Positions 18,682-27,900 of a DNA stretch of 64,000 nucleotides are shown here, in pieces; positions within the stretch are counted from its first letter, which is position 1, and every line of letters starts with the position of its first letter. Below the pieces are notes generated by a model. It worked only from the letters and a program-made list of their open reading frames with translations. It was not told the DNA's origin and searched no databases. Position numbers and translations under genes: made by a program. The DNA comes from Candidatus Danuiimicrobium aquiferis (GTDB taxonomy: Bacteria; Omnitrophota; Omnitrophia; Omnitrophales; Danuiimicrobiaceae). The stretch is taken from NCBI GenBank assembly GCA_001804285.1, contig MHFR01000043.1, forward strand, positions 22,970 through 86,969. Reading direction: 5' to 3'.

Positions 18682-20886
18682 ATGGAATTTCTTAGCGATT
18701 ATCGATTTTTGATGGCTTGCGGTTATTTCACTGCTTTTTTTTGTTCCGCGCTTGGTTTTCTTGTCCGGAAAGCAAATCCGCGGTCGCGTGCATGCACTCT
18801 TGCTTTTTGTTTTAATATTTCGACCGCTTTGTGGTCCGGTTTTTATGCAACCATGTACCTGACACATGACAATTTTTATGGACTTCTGGTCAGCCGGATG
18901 CTCACTCTCGGCACAATTTTGCTGAACGTTTTCGTCACTCACCTCGTTCTTCTTCTGATTCACAAAGAACGCTCCATGAAAAAATTAATCACCGCAAACT
19001 ATTTCGTCTCAGCGATATTTATTGTGATCCTCTTTTCAACCCGATTAATGATTCGCGGCTCGATTCCAAAACTCGATCTTCCGGCCTATACGGTAACGGG
19101 CCCGCTTTATTTTCTAATTCCTATCCATTTGTTCCTGAATTTTTTCTACAGCATTTTTCAGTTGTATCGAGGCATTCTGAGAGAAGAAGGCTACCGTAAG
19201 AGTCAGCTCAAACTCTTTTTATGGGCAATGGTCATCGGTTACGTGATGGGAATTCCCGCTTTCTTTCTCTGTTTTGATATTCCCATCAAACCGGTCACAA
19301 CACCCTATGTTGCGATTTACCCTCTATTATTAACGATCGCAATCGTAAAACATAGATTCCTCGATATCAAAAAACTCGTTAAAAACACACTCGTTTTTTC
19401 GCTTCTCTTCACGCTGCTACTAGGGGTCGTTTCAATCGTTCTCCTTCTCATCAAGGAAACGATGAGCCGCTGGATTGGAATGTCTGAAGCGCTTGCGCAA
19501 GTCATCGCAATCGCGCTTGCGATCGGTCTTTACGGCCCCCTAAAACGCGGACTTTCTAGACTGACAAACCGGCTTCTTTATCAACATGAGGACGACGCCG
19601 GTATCATTTTCCGAAATCTCTCAAAAGACATCATCCGCTATCTTAATATCAAAGAGCTTAGCCTTGAATTAACCAAACGAATCGCCGAGATCCTCCAACT
19701 AAACCGGGTTGGCTTTTATTTTAGATCAAATGAAAATCCACAATTTTTCGAGCTGCAAGCAAGCCTCGGCAGAATCAGACGAAGCCCGATCCAACAAACG
19801 AAACCGCTAGTCCAATACCTTGAGCAAACCCAAACTTACATTGTGAACGAAATGACTCAAAGAGAAACTAGGGTTTTCTTAACGAAAAAAACAAATGATT
19901 TTGCGACCCCGAAGGAACTGAAAGAATATGCGGCCGCTGAAGTTTCAAAACTGGGCGGGGTTGCCGCCTTTCCGGTGTTTGTAAAGGGTCGGTTGCGGGC
20001 GATTTTTGTCGCGGGCCGGAAAAAATCTGACGCACCGTGGCGCGATGAAGAATTTGAAATTCTTAAAAGTTTTATGAGGCATCTTTCTCTTGCCGTTCGG
20101 AACGCGGAATATGCAAACGATATGATTCAAACAAAAAATGAATTATCGAGAAGCGAACGTGACGCAACCACAGGCTCGCTCATTGCCGGTGTGGGACATG
20201 AGGTGAAAAATCCGCTCTATACGATGGCGCTTCGCCTGAGCACCCTTCGAAGAACACTGACACGTTATTCCGGTCTTCCCGATTCGAGGGAAACAATCGA
20301 AGCCAAAACCATAAAAACCATGACCAGCGTTTACGAAAGCGCGCAGGAAGTCAACCATATCATCGGTCATCTTTCGGACCTTGCGCATCGGAAACCTCTT
20401 TCGATTCGAGAAGGACTGAAGCCCTTTCTTATGGCAAGAAAAGCGATCCAAGATTTAGCAAAAGACAAAAGATTTGAAAAAATCAGCATTCGGTTAAATA
20501 TCGAAGAAACCCTTGAAATTTCTTATGATCCGGATGCGCTTTACGAGATTTTCGCGAATCTGATTCGAAACGCTCTACAGGCCATTCAGGAATCCGGAGA
20601 AATCATTCTCGAAAATTCACAAAATGACGGAATAACCGTCATTACTGTCAGGGATACCGGCACAGGAATTCCGAAAGATCGCATGGACCGGATTTTTGAA
20701 CCGTTCTTCACAACAAAACGGAAGCAAACAAACGGCACTTCAGGAACCGGCATGGGGCTTTTTATTGTGAAAGAATATATGAATGAAATTGATGGAGATA
20801 TCGAGGTTGAGTCTCGTCCCAACGAAGGAACAATTTTTAAACTTTCCTTCCCGAATCTTAAATCTGATATCCGGGAGGCCGCCTAA
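18682..20886 (+). CDS. Sensor histidine kinase (multi-TM N-terminus, GAF, HisKA, HATPase)
   Basis: Multiple TM helices, IVKHRFLDI, GRKKSD, H-box GHEVKNPL, NLIRNA, DTGTGI, GTGMGL. Confidence 0.93.
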   Translation: MEFLSDYRFLMACGYFTAFFCSALGFLVRKANPRSRACTLAFCFNISTALWSGFYATMYLTHDNFYGLLVSRMLTLGTILLNVFVTHLVLLLIHKERSMKKLITANYFVSAIFIVILFSTRLMIRGSIPKLDLPAYTVTGPLYFLIPIHLFLNFFYSIFQLYRGILREEGYRKSQLKLFLWAMVIGYVMGIPAFFLCFDIPIKPVTTPYVAIYPLLLTIAIVKHRFLDIKKLVKNTLVFSLLFTLLLGVVSIVLLLIKETMSRWIGMSEALAQVIAIALAIGLYGPLKRGLSRLTNRLLYQHEDDAGIIFRNLSKDIIRYLNIKELSLELTKRIAEILQLNRVGFYFRSNENPQFFELQASLGRIRRSPIQQTKPLVQYLEQTQTYIVNEMTQRETRVFLTKKTNDFATPKELKEYAAAEVSKLGGVAAFPVFVKGRLRAIFVAGRKKSDAPWRDEEFEILKSFMRHLSLAVRNAEYANDMIQTKNELSRSERDATTGSLIAGVGHEVKNPLYTMALRLSTLRRTLTRYSGLPDSRETIEAKTIKTMTSVYESAQEVNHIIGHLSDLAHRKPLSIREGLKPFLMARKAIQDLAKDKRFEKISIRLNIEETLEISYDPDALYEIFANLIRNALQAIQESGEIILENSQNDGITVITVRDTGTGIPKDRMDRIFEPFFTTKRKQTNGTSGTGMGLFIVKEYMNEIDGDIEVESRPNEGTIFKLSFPNLKSDIREAA

Positions 20887-20887
20887 C

Positions 20888-23023
20888 ATGAATCCGATCC
20901 TCCATCCATACGTTGTAACCGGATTTCTTACTTCAGTCGTTACCCTTGCGGTCGGGATTTTCGTTTACATGAGGAAAAGCAATTCATCGATCCACCGTTC
21001 GTTTCTTTTTTTCTCGATCGCAATTTGGCAATGGAGTTTCTTTACGGCTCTTCAAGCAGTACAAACAAGTCCGGCATGGGGACTTTTCTGGGGACGGTTC
21101 TGTCATGTCGGAGCGATGCTCATTCCGGTATTTTTTTATTACTTTACCCTTAAAATAACTGGACGAGAAAATCGTACTGTTCTAAAGACCGGTTTTATCG
21201 TTGCCGTTTCACTGATTGCTCTGATGTTCAGCACCCCATTCATCATTCCCAAAACAAGAACGGACGTTGGTGTCAATTTCATGACCGAAGCTGGCCCGCT
21301 TTATATCGTCATCCTCCTTTTTTTCTTTTCCTATGTTCTTCTTGCTCTTGTCCGGCTTTGGAATGAAATTAAATCGTCAAGAGGGTCTCGGAAAAAACAT
21401 CTTCAGTATTTTTTCATAGCGTCTCTCATTGGATTTGGAATCGGAGGCTTTAATTTTTGTCCTGTCTATGGCATTACGGTTCCACCTTACCCATATTCTG
21501 CCTCATGCGGCGCTATTTACTCTTGTGTCATTGCGTATGCGATTTTACGGCACAAACTTTTCGATATTGAAGTTATGATTAAAAAAGGGATCATTTTCGG
21601 GTTTCTTTTCGGGATTATCTATATCGCCGTTTCTTCTCTTATTTTCATTGCCGGTTATTTTCTTGCTCATAGACATTTGCCACTTCTTTCGGTAGCATCC
21701 ATCGCTCTTGCAATGCTTGTTTACGAACCACTCAAGAGGACGCTGACGAAACTGACGAACAGTTTCCTATTTCAACACAAAATCACCTACACTTCACTTA
21801 TCGAGAATCTCACCAACAAACTCGTAAGCATTCATGATACTCATGCATTGGCCACCGCAATCACCGAATTCTTGACGGACCAAATGGCATTGGAGTGGGC
21901 AGGACTTTATCTTCATGAAAATAACAGTTCCGCATTCAGGTTAAGTTCCCCCATGAAGCAGCATGTTCTTAGCGAAATAAACGAATCAAACCTTATCGTG
22001 GATCTCATTCGCAATCGGAAGTCACCGCTCATCCTAAGCCCCTTCGATGTTGAAAGCGATTTGAAACTTGAAATCAAAAATCAACTCCGCCGTGATAAAA
22101 TCGAAGTGGTAGTCCCGATTTTTGCTGAAGACGATACCCTTTTCGGAATTCTCCTACTCGGGAAAAAGAAATCTGATGACGCATTTACGAAAGATGATGA
22201 TGCCCTCCTTCAAACACTAATGGAAGAGACCGGAATGTTTTTCTTGTCTGCCAAGTTACTGAAAGAAGTCACCCGATCTAATTTACAGCTTGGGCAACGC
22301 CGGAAAATGGCTGCGGTTACTCAACTCTCACGAGGCGTACATCATGAAATCAAAAACCCGCTTCACACAATAGAATTTCTCGCGAATACCACGTTAAAAA
22401 AATTAACAAACGGTCATTTCTGCAATACACCAACAGAGGTGCTGGTTCAAGTAATCGACAGCCACGCAAAATCCATGTTAGAGGAAATTAGCCGGATTCA
22501 GAACTCGCTTACCCGTTTTGAACAGTTTGCGCTTCCCGAGGAAGATTTTGAATTACAGGCATTGGAACTGCGGAGCGAAATCGATAAATTTTTCATGTTA
22601 ATGCAAGAGGGCCAAAAGTTAGATGCAATTAAAGTTAATCTGTCCGTTCCCAAAGACATTTGGGTACTTGGAAGTGAGGGAATTCTGCAAGCTGTCTTTT
22701 TTCGGCTTTTTGATAATGCGTACGAAGCCATGATCGGCAAAGGAACGCTTTACGTTACTGCAACGGAAACTGAAGATTGGGTTTTGTTAAAAATACGCGA
22801 CACAGGCCACGGAATCCCGAAAGAAGTTATTCCTAACATCTTTGAATCCTTTTTTACGACCAAGAAGAATTCAGAATCCGTCGGAATCGGCCTTACGATT
22901 GTGAAACATCAAGTCGAACAGCTTGGCGGGACGATCGAGGTTGATTCACCGATTAATGGCGGCGCTGAATTCACCGTAAAACTCAAGAAACCAGAACAAG
23001 AAAGAAAAGCATATGCCGCATAA
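20888..23023 (+). CDS. Sensor histidine kinase (multi-TM N-terminus, GAF, HisKA, HATPase), paralog
   Basis: Start MNPIL after GGAGG; YAILRHKLFDI, GKKKSD, HHEIKNPL, DTGHGI, GIGL. Confidence 0.93.
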   Translation: MNPILHPYVVTGFLTSVVTLAVGIFVYMRKSNSSIHRSFLFFSIAIWQWSFFTALQAVQTSPAWGLFWGRFCHVGAMLIPVFFYYFTLKITGRENRTVLKTGFIVAVSLIALMFSTPFIIPKTRTDVGVNFMTEAGPLYIVILLFFFSYVLLALVRLWNEIKSSRGSRKKHLQYFFIASLIGFGIGGFNFCPVYGITVPPYPYSASCGAIYSCVIAYAILRHKLFDIEVMIKKGIIFGFLFGIIYIAVSSLIFIAGYFLAHRHLPLLSVASIALAMLVYEPLKRTLTKLTNSFLFQHKITYTSLIENLTNKLVSIHDTHALATAITEFLTDQMALEWAGLYLHENNSSAFRLSSPMKQHVLSEINESNLIVDLIRNRKSPLILSPFDVESDLKLEIKNQLRRDKIEVVVPIFAEDDTLFGILLLGKKKSDDAFTKDDDALLQTLMEETGMFFLSAKLLKEVTRSNLQLGQRRKMAAVTQLSRGVHHEIKNPLHTIEFLANTTLKKLTNGHFCNTPTEVLVQVIDSHAKSMLEEISRIQNSLTRFEQFALPEEDFELQALELRSEIDKFFMLMQEGQKLDAIKVNLSVPKDIWVLGSEGILQAVFFRLFDNAYEAMIGKGTLYVTATETEDWVLLKIRDTGHGIPKEVIPNIFESFFTTKKNSESVGIGLTIVKHQVEQLGGTIEVDSPINGGAEFTVKLKKPEQERKAYAA

Positions 23024-23369
23024 AATTATGATCGTGGATGATGAACCAAAAATCACAGAAGCTTTTGTCGAAGCTTTTGAGGATGAATATATCGTCATTG
23101 CTACAAATTCAGGAGAGGATGCAATGCGAATGATTCCCGACAATCTACCCGAACTTCTCGTCCTCGATTGGCGGCTTCGGGGCGAAATCCAAGGCAAAGA
23201 CATCCTTGTCTTTATGAAACAGAAATATCCAAATATCCCTGTTTATGTCGTCACGGCAAGCAGCCACTTTGTGAAAGAAATCAAATCGCTTGGAGCTGAC
23301 GATTGTTTATTGAAACCATGCCCTGAACCACTCAGCGAAAAGATTAGGCAAACACTTCCGCCCTGTTAA
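23013..23369 (+). CDS. Single-domain response regulator
   Basis: IVDDE, LVLDW, VTA, KP. Confidence 0.9.
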   Translation: MPHKIMIVDDEPKITEAFVEAFEDEYIVIATNSGEDAMRMIPDNLPELLVLDWRLRGEIQGKDILVFMKQKYPNIPVYVVTASSHFVKEIKSLGADDCLLKPCPEPLSEKIRQTLPPC

Positions 23370-23421
23370 CTATTTTTTCCAATTCAACGGAATGAGCTAA
23401 CACGACAAATTCGGGAGGTCC

Positions 23422-23796
23422 TTAGGCGGCTTCTCTCAAGATCATTCTTAATTCGGAAATACTATCACCCCTTTTTTCTACGAAACGATGCGCCCCTTGC
23501 TTCAGCAATTTTTCTTTAAAACCTCTTTCTTGCCAGCTGGTGTGCATAATCACAATGACCTGAGGATTGATGTCTTTCATGAACCTTAATAGTTGATCTC
23601 CCCGGCAACCGTCCCAAAGCATATAATCCAAAACCACAAAGCGAGGACTTGTCTGCTTAAAAAAGTATATCACTTCTTCTTCTGAAAGAGGCAGGACGAC
23701 TTCATAATCCTCACTTAAGGCGTCGTGCAATACCTCCCTAATATCCGGACAATCTTCCACAATCATCAATTTTAGTTTTTCTTCATTATTCGTCAT
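23422..23796 (-). CDS. Single-domain response regulator
   Basis: IVED, VVLDY, HTS, conserved K. Confidence 0.85.
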   Translation of the reverse strand: MTNNEEKLKLMIVEDCPDIREVLHDALSEDYEVVLPLSEEEVIYFFKQTSPRFVVLDYMLWDGCRGDQLLRFMKDINPQVIVIMHTSWQERGFKEKLLKQGAHRFVEKRGDSISELRMILREAA

Positions 23797-23831
23797 TTAT
23801 CGAAAGTCCCCTTTCTCATGAAAAAAATGGC

Positions 23832-24029
23832 CTATTTTTTTGCGCGTTTAAACAATCCGTAAATCAAAAGACCAAGCCCCAAGAGGATTACCAATCTTGC
23901 CAACTCGCGAATAATTCCGCCGACTTCATATTTCACAAGAAATCCATTCACAACACTTGTGATAATGACAACCAATAATCCAATCTGCCAAAGTTTCATG
24001 ATTATTCTACTCCTCTCATTCGAGCGCAC
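23832..24029 (-). CDS. Small two-TM protein (possible orphan immunity protein)
   Basis: Two hydrophobic helices; likely start MKLWQ after GAGGAG. Confidence 0.6.
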   Translation of the reverse strand: MRSNERSRIIMKLWQIGLLVVIITSVVNGFLVKYEVGGIIRELARLVILLGLGLLIYGLFKRAKK

Positions 24030-24040
24030 ATCGAGATTGA

Positions 24041-24523
24041 TTATGATTGTAAACTATTAGTGTAATTATAAGCAATAGCACACGTTCTTGATACCACATC
24101 TGGTTCTTTAGCATAAAACAATAGCCAATCCTGACCCAAGATATCAACTATATCAATGGAACCTTCACGAAACAATTCTTGTTTTGTGTGTCCATATTTC
24201 GTAGTCTCATCTGTTCTCAGTTCCTGTGGCAAACGAAACGCAAATGAAACATTAGAAAAAATAAAACCAAACACTATACCATTCTTAGGATTTACTAAAA
24301 CCGGCCGCCCATAAAGAATCCACCTGCAATCACATGGAAGTTTTTTTGTGATATCATCCCAAAACATTTTCACGACTTCTTCATACATTCCAAGTTCATG
24401 ATATGACTTCCGGGTAGCTTTTGGGTCGCACTCAATGCTATCTGCGAAATTACTTTCAGCCTTTCTTTTAGGCTTTATATAATTTAAGCATGCTTTATTT
24501 TTTTCACTCTGGAAATTAACCAT
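24041..24523 (-). CDS. Hypothetical protein (possible orphan immunity protein)
   Basis: 160-aa AT-rich ORF downstream of the giant gene; CRWILYGRPVLVNP. Confidence 0.7.
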   Translation of the reverse strand: MVNFQSEKNKACLNYIKPKRKAESNFADSIECDPKATRKSYHELGMYEEVVKMFWDDITKKLPCDCRWILYGRPVLVNPKNGIVFGFIFSNVSFAFRLPQELRTDETTKYGHTKQELFREGSIDIVDILGQDWLLFYAKEPDVVSRTCAIAYNYTNSLQS

Positions 24524-24607
24524 TGCCTATTCCCTTTCACTTAGCCATCGAGTTTCCCCATATAATTAGCTATTCGAAGATTCCCACTTTTGGCTGAATG
24601 TCCTACC

Positions 24608-24964
24608 TCATTTCAGAAGCCTAGTCGATAAAATTTTTCCGGTCTGAAAATCAATTTGATGGGCCAAGCCGCTCCAAGCATATCCCATCAACTCTCCTTT
24701 TTCTGTTAGCCAAATATTTGTGAAAGCATTTGCTTGGCCCTTTATCCCTTCAGGTTCTTCTACCGTCCAAACCTTAGCCCCGCTTTCATCGAATCGATGC
24801 ACATTCTTTGCCCCTTCTTTCGGGTCAAACGCAGCCGTCAGTACTATAACTGAGTCCTGACATTGTATTACCTTATCTATCTTCACTTTAAAATGTATTT
24901 TTTCTTCGCCTTTATCTGAAGATACCCGAATAGCATTTTCTTCTTGTTTTATATCTCTGATCAT
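24608..24964 (-). CDS. Putative cognate immunity protein
   Basis: ATGA overlap with the stop of the giant gene; small beta-rich protein without signal peptide. Confidence 0.7.
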   Translation of the reverse strand: MIRDIKQEENAIRVSSDKGEEKIHFKVKIDKVIQCQDSVIVLTAAFDPKEGAKNVHRFDESGAKVWTVEEPEGIKGQANAFTNIWLTEKGELMGYAWSGLAHQIDFQTGKILSTRLLK

Positions 24965-27900
24965 AATGACCTCGTGTTTTTAAACCAATCTTTAAGGAAT
25001 TCTCTTTCCGCTTCGTCTTCCAACATAATCTCAAGTTGTGTTTGATTCGGAGAATCTGAAAAAATGGGGTTAACTGTAGATTCTCTGATAGCAACAGCTC
25101 TGTCTGGAGATGGCACAAAGTCAGAAACCATTGTTGGCTTGGTTGGAAGCGCAAGCCGTTCCTGCAATAGCTCGGCAAAATTTCTATTTGTATTTTGAGC
25201 TTCTAATTTGAGCGCCTCAAAATCTGTTTTCCTCATAAGCCAAGTACCTACAGTATTTGATTCACCATGAATCCTCATAAATCCTTCTGCGGTTAAATCA
25301 GCCCCAGAGCGAACATATTCTGTGACCGGAAATCCCGGTTTGTGCGGTTTTGGATTATACGTTTCGGGATACGCCTTGTTCACTTCGACAGCATCCCGCC
25401 TGAATATTTTACTCCTTGCTTTAGAATAATCAACAAGTCGTCTATTTGCGACATTCTTCAAGTCATGAACAGAATCTACTTGATTGATCCATTTCGCTTC
25501 AAACTCTGCGTTTCTAAACAAATCATCTAATTTACTGGCATCTGGATGCATTGGATCTTTTAAAATCATTCTTACCCAATCGTCAATTGTATTATCAACA
25601 GTTCCAACAACCGCTTTGCCAACCGACCTAATCGACAACCCAAAGCTCATCAACTGGAAACCTCTCATAATTTCGTTAAAAGCATGGCCTCCAATCGAAA
25701 GGCCTTTCATAGTTTTTTCATTTAATGACATTTCTCGCCAATTATTTTTCAATTGCCCATATTCATTAAAAATGTCATCGAGTTCAGTCCCAATCAGGAC
25801 AGTGTCCACCACGCCAACTGCAAACGCCTCCAACAAGTCAAGGGATAGATCATTTTGGAGAATCGGAATCTGTGCTTTTAACGCATCATATCCCGGTTGA
25901 AGAAAAGATCTGACTTTGTGAATCGCCTCTATGCCCCCGTTATAAAGATCCTGCTGTTTTAATTGTATTTGTTCAATCCATGAACTCCCACTTGTCGTTT
26001 CAGCGGTTTGATGGTCCACGATAGAAGACATCACACCATTGATCGCAGATTGATTTAAATCTAGCATTTCATTTCGCAATCCTTCATCCATATGGATCTC
26101 AAATCCTTGATTCATTCCTTCAGGATCAAAATACTGCGCCATCTGGATTGCTCCAGCAACAGGCCCAGCGCTTGCAGTAGTGAAATTAATAAACTGTGTG
26201 TCCTGCACTGCTGTAATTTTCCCATCTGAATAATAATTTGTTTCCCCGGTATCCCAATTCCGAAGCACGCCGGATTCAATCTTGAAACTTTCTTCCGGAT
26301 TTTTCGATAGTACAAGCGGCTGATCTGCTGTCCCGAAAAATGTTAATGAGTTACCGCCGCTTTGAACCATATCAATCTGAACGATTTCAGTCTCTCTGAT
26401 AGTTAAATGAAGGGTTTCACTCCCGTTTGTAAATACGACTTCTCCGTTTCTCAGGAGATAATTTCCGTCTTTATCAAAAACATATTCGCCTTTCTCCATA
26501 TGATTCCCAAATTTACGAGCAAGCAACTGCGTTTCATCTTCGGTTAAGATAAATTTGCTATCACCGACCGTGTATTCATGAACGGAAACGTTGTCAAGCG
26601 TTGTCACAGTAAAATCTTTTGCTTGCCGTTTGGCTTTGAAATACTCGCTTACATTGTGTCCAGATTTAAGAATTGCTTCAGCCGTATTGCGACCAATAAT
26701 GTCATTTGCATACTCCTCGAAAAAGTCAAAAATATCGCGGCTTCCTTTTTGCGTAGCGAAGGTGACAAGCTGGGACAGATAGAAAGTTTTTTCTGTTAAA
26801 GTCAGATGTTTTCCACCAAGTTTAACTAAATCTTCAACGGTATCTTTGAGACCTCCGGTCATCCCGACAAGAAATCTTGCCCCGGCATTTCGTTGATCTA
26901 ACGTATCAGTCAACCCCTGAACACCGCCAACGAGTCCACGTAACCCAAGTGAAATCAGTACAGGATTTACATCAAGAGCATCTCCGATCAACGATGATCC
27001 GATGCTAACCATTCCACTAAGTGTAGCCTCATTAAGGATCGATCTTTTCAGTGTGCTCCAGATCGATTCTTCATTGTATGGATTGCTTACATAGATGGCG
27101 GTTCCGTCATCGCGATAGCCAATTACAACATCTGAAAACCGGCCGGTAAGGTTGCCCACGATGGCACTCACAGGCAGACCAATTAGCTGAGCGATCCGTG
27201 GATTTAAGCCCATGGAGCGGCCAATAAATTCAATTCCTCCGAGTGTAAGTTTGCTGGTAACTTGTGGGGCAATATCGATTAAAGCGGCTTTTAAGGTGAG
27301 ATTCGGGTTGAAATAAGCGCCAAGTGCAGCACTTCCAACCAAAGACAAAGCTTGAGTAACGGGTGGCGGCAAATCAAGTTTTAAACCAATCTCTGAAACG
27401 CCCTGGAGCATTAAGCCCTGAAGTCCGCTTTGAATGAAACTGGAAGTACTACCACCTATCCCGACTGCCCCGAATCCGATAAATGCGCTGGCTAAACGAG
27501 TGAATGTATTATTTAATCCAAAACCTTCAAACCCTTTTGATAAATTATAATTCAAACTAGCAGCAATAATATTTCTTGAAACTATCTGCTCCACGGAAAA
27601 TCTTGCCGACGCACTTCCTGCTCCCGCAATCTCGGGATGAGCAAGGTACGTGTTGATTTTCATAATTCCAGATCCGAGCGTTTTAAATCCTCCCGAAAAT
27701 CCGTTCTTCACAAATTGAAATGCATTCTGGAAAAACCGTCCAACATAATGAACTGCCTGCATCATCTGATGGCCGATCGCTGCAAATCCGGATTTGAGTG
27801 CTCCGAAAAATCCTTGCTGGGCAACCGCGCTGTAGGCCATTTTCACTCCGTTAACCACCCATTGGCCCACGCTTCCAACGATTCCAATAATTCCAGCGAC

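Noticed and set aside
20783-20887. Longer N-termini given by the track for the second kinase (also ACP at 59106 and receiver at 60648)
   Set aside because: They overlap upstream genes; downstream starts with good RBS at 20888, 58992 and 60600 are preferred
26116-26127. DPEG as the Rhs PxxxxDPxG autocleavage motif
   Set aside because: Upstream Pro and the Rhs core motifs are not evident; kept only as a weak possibility
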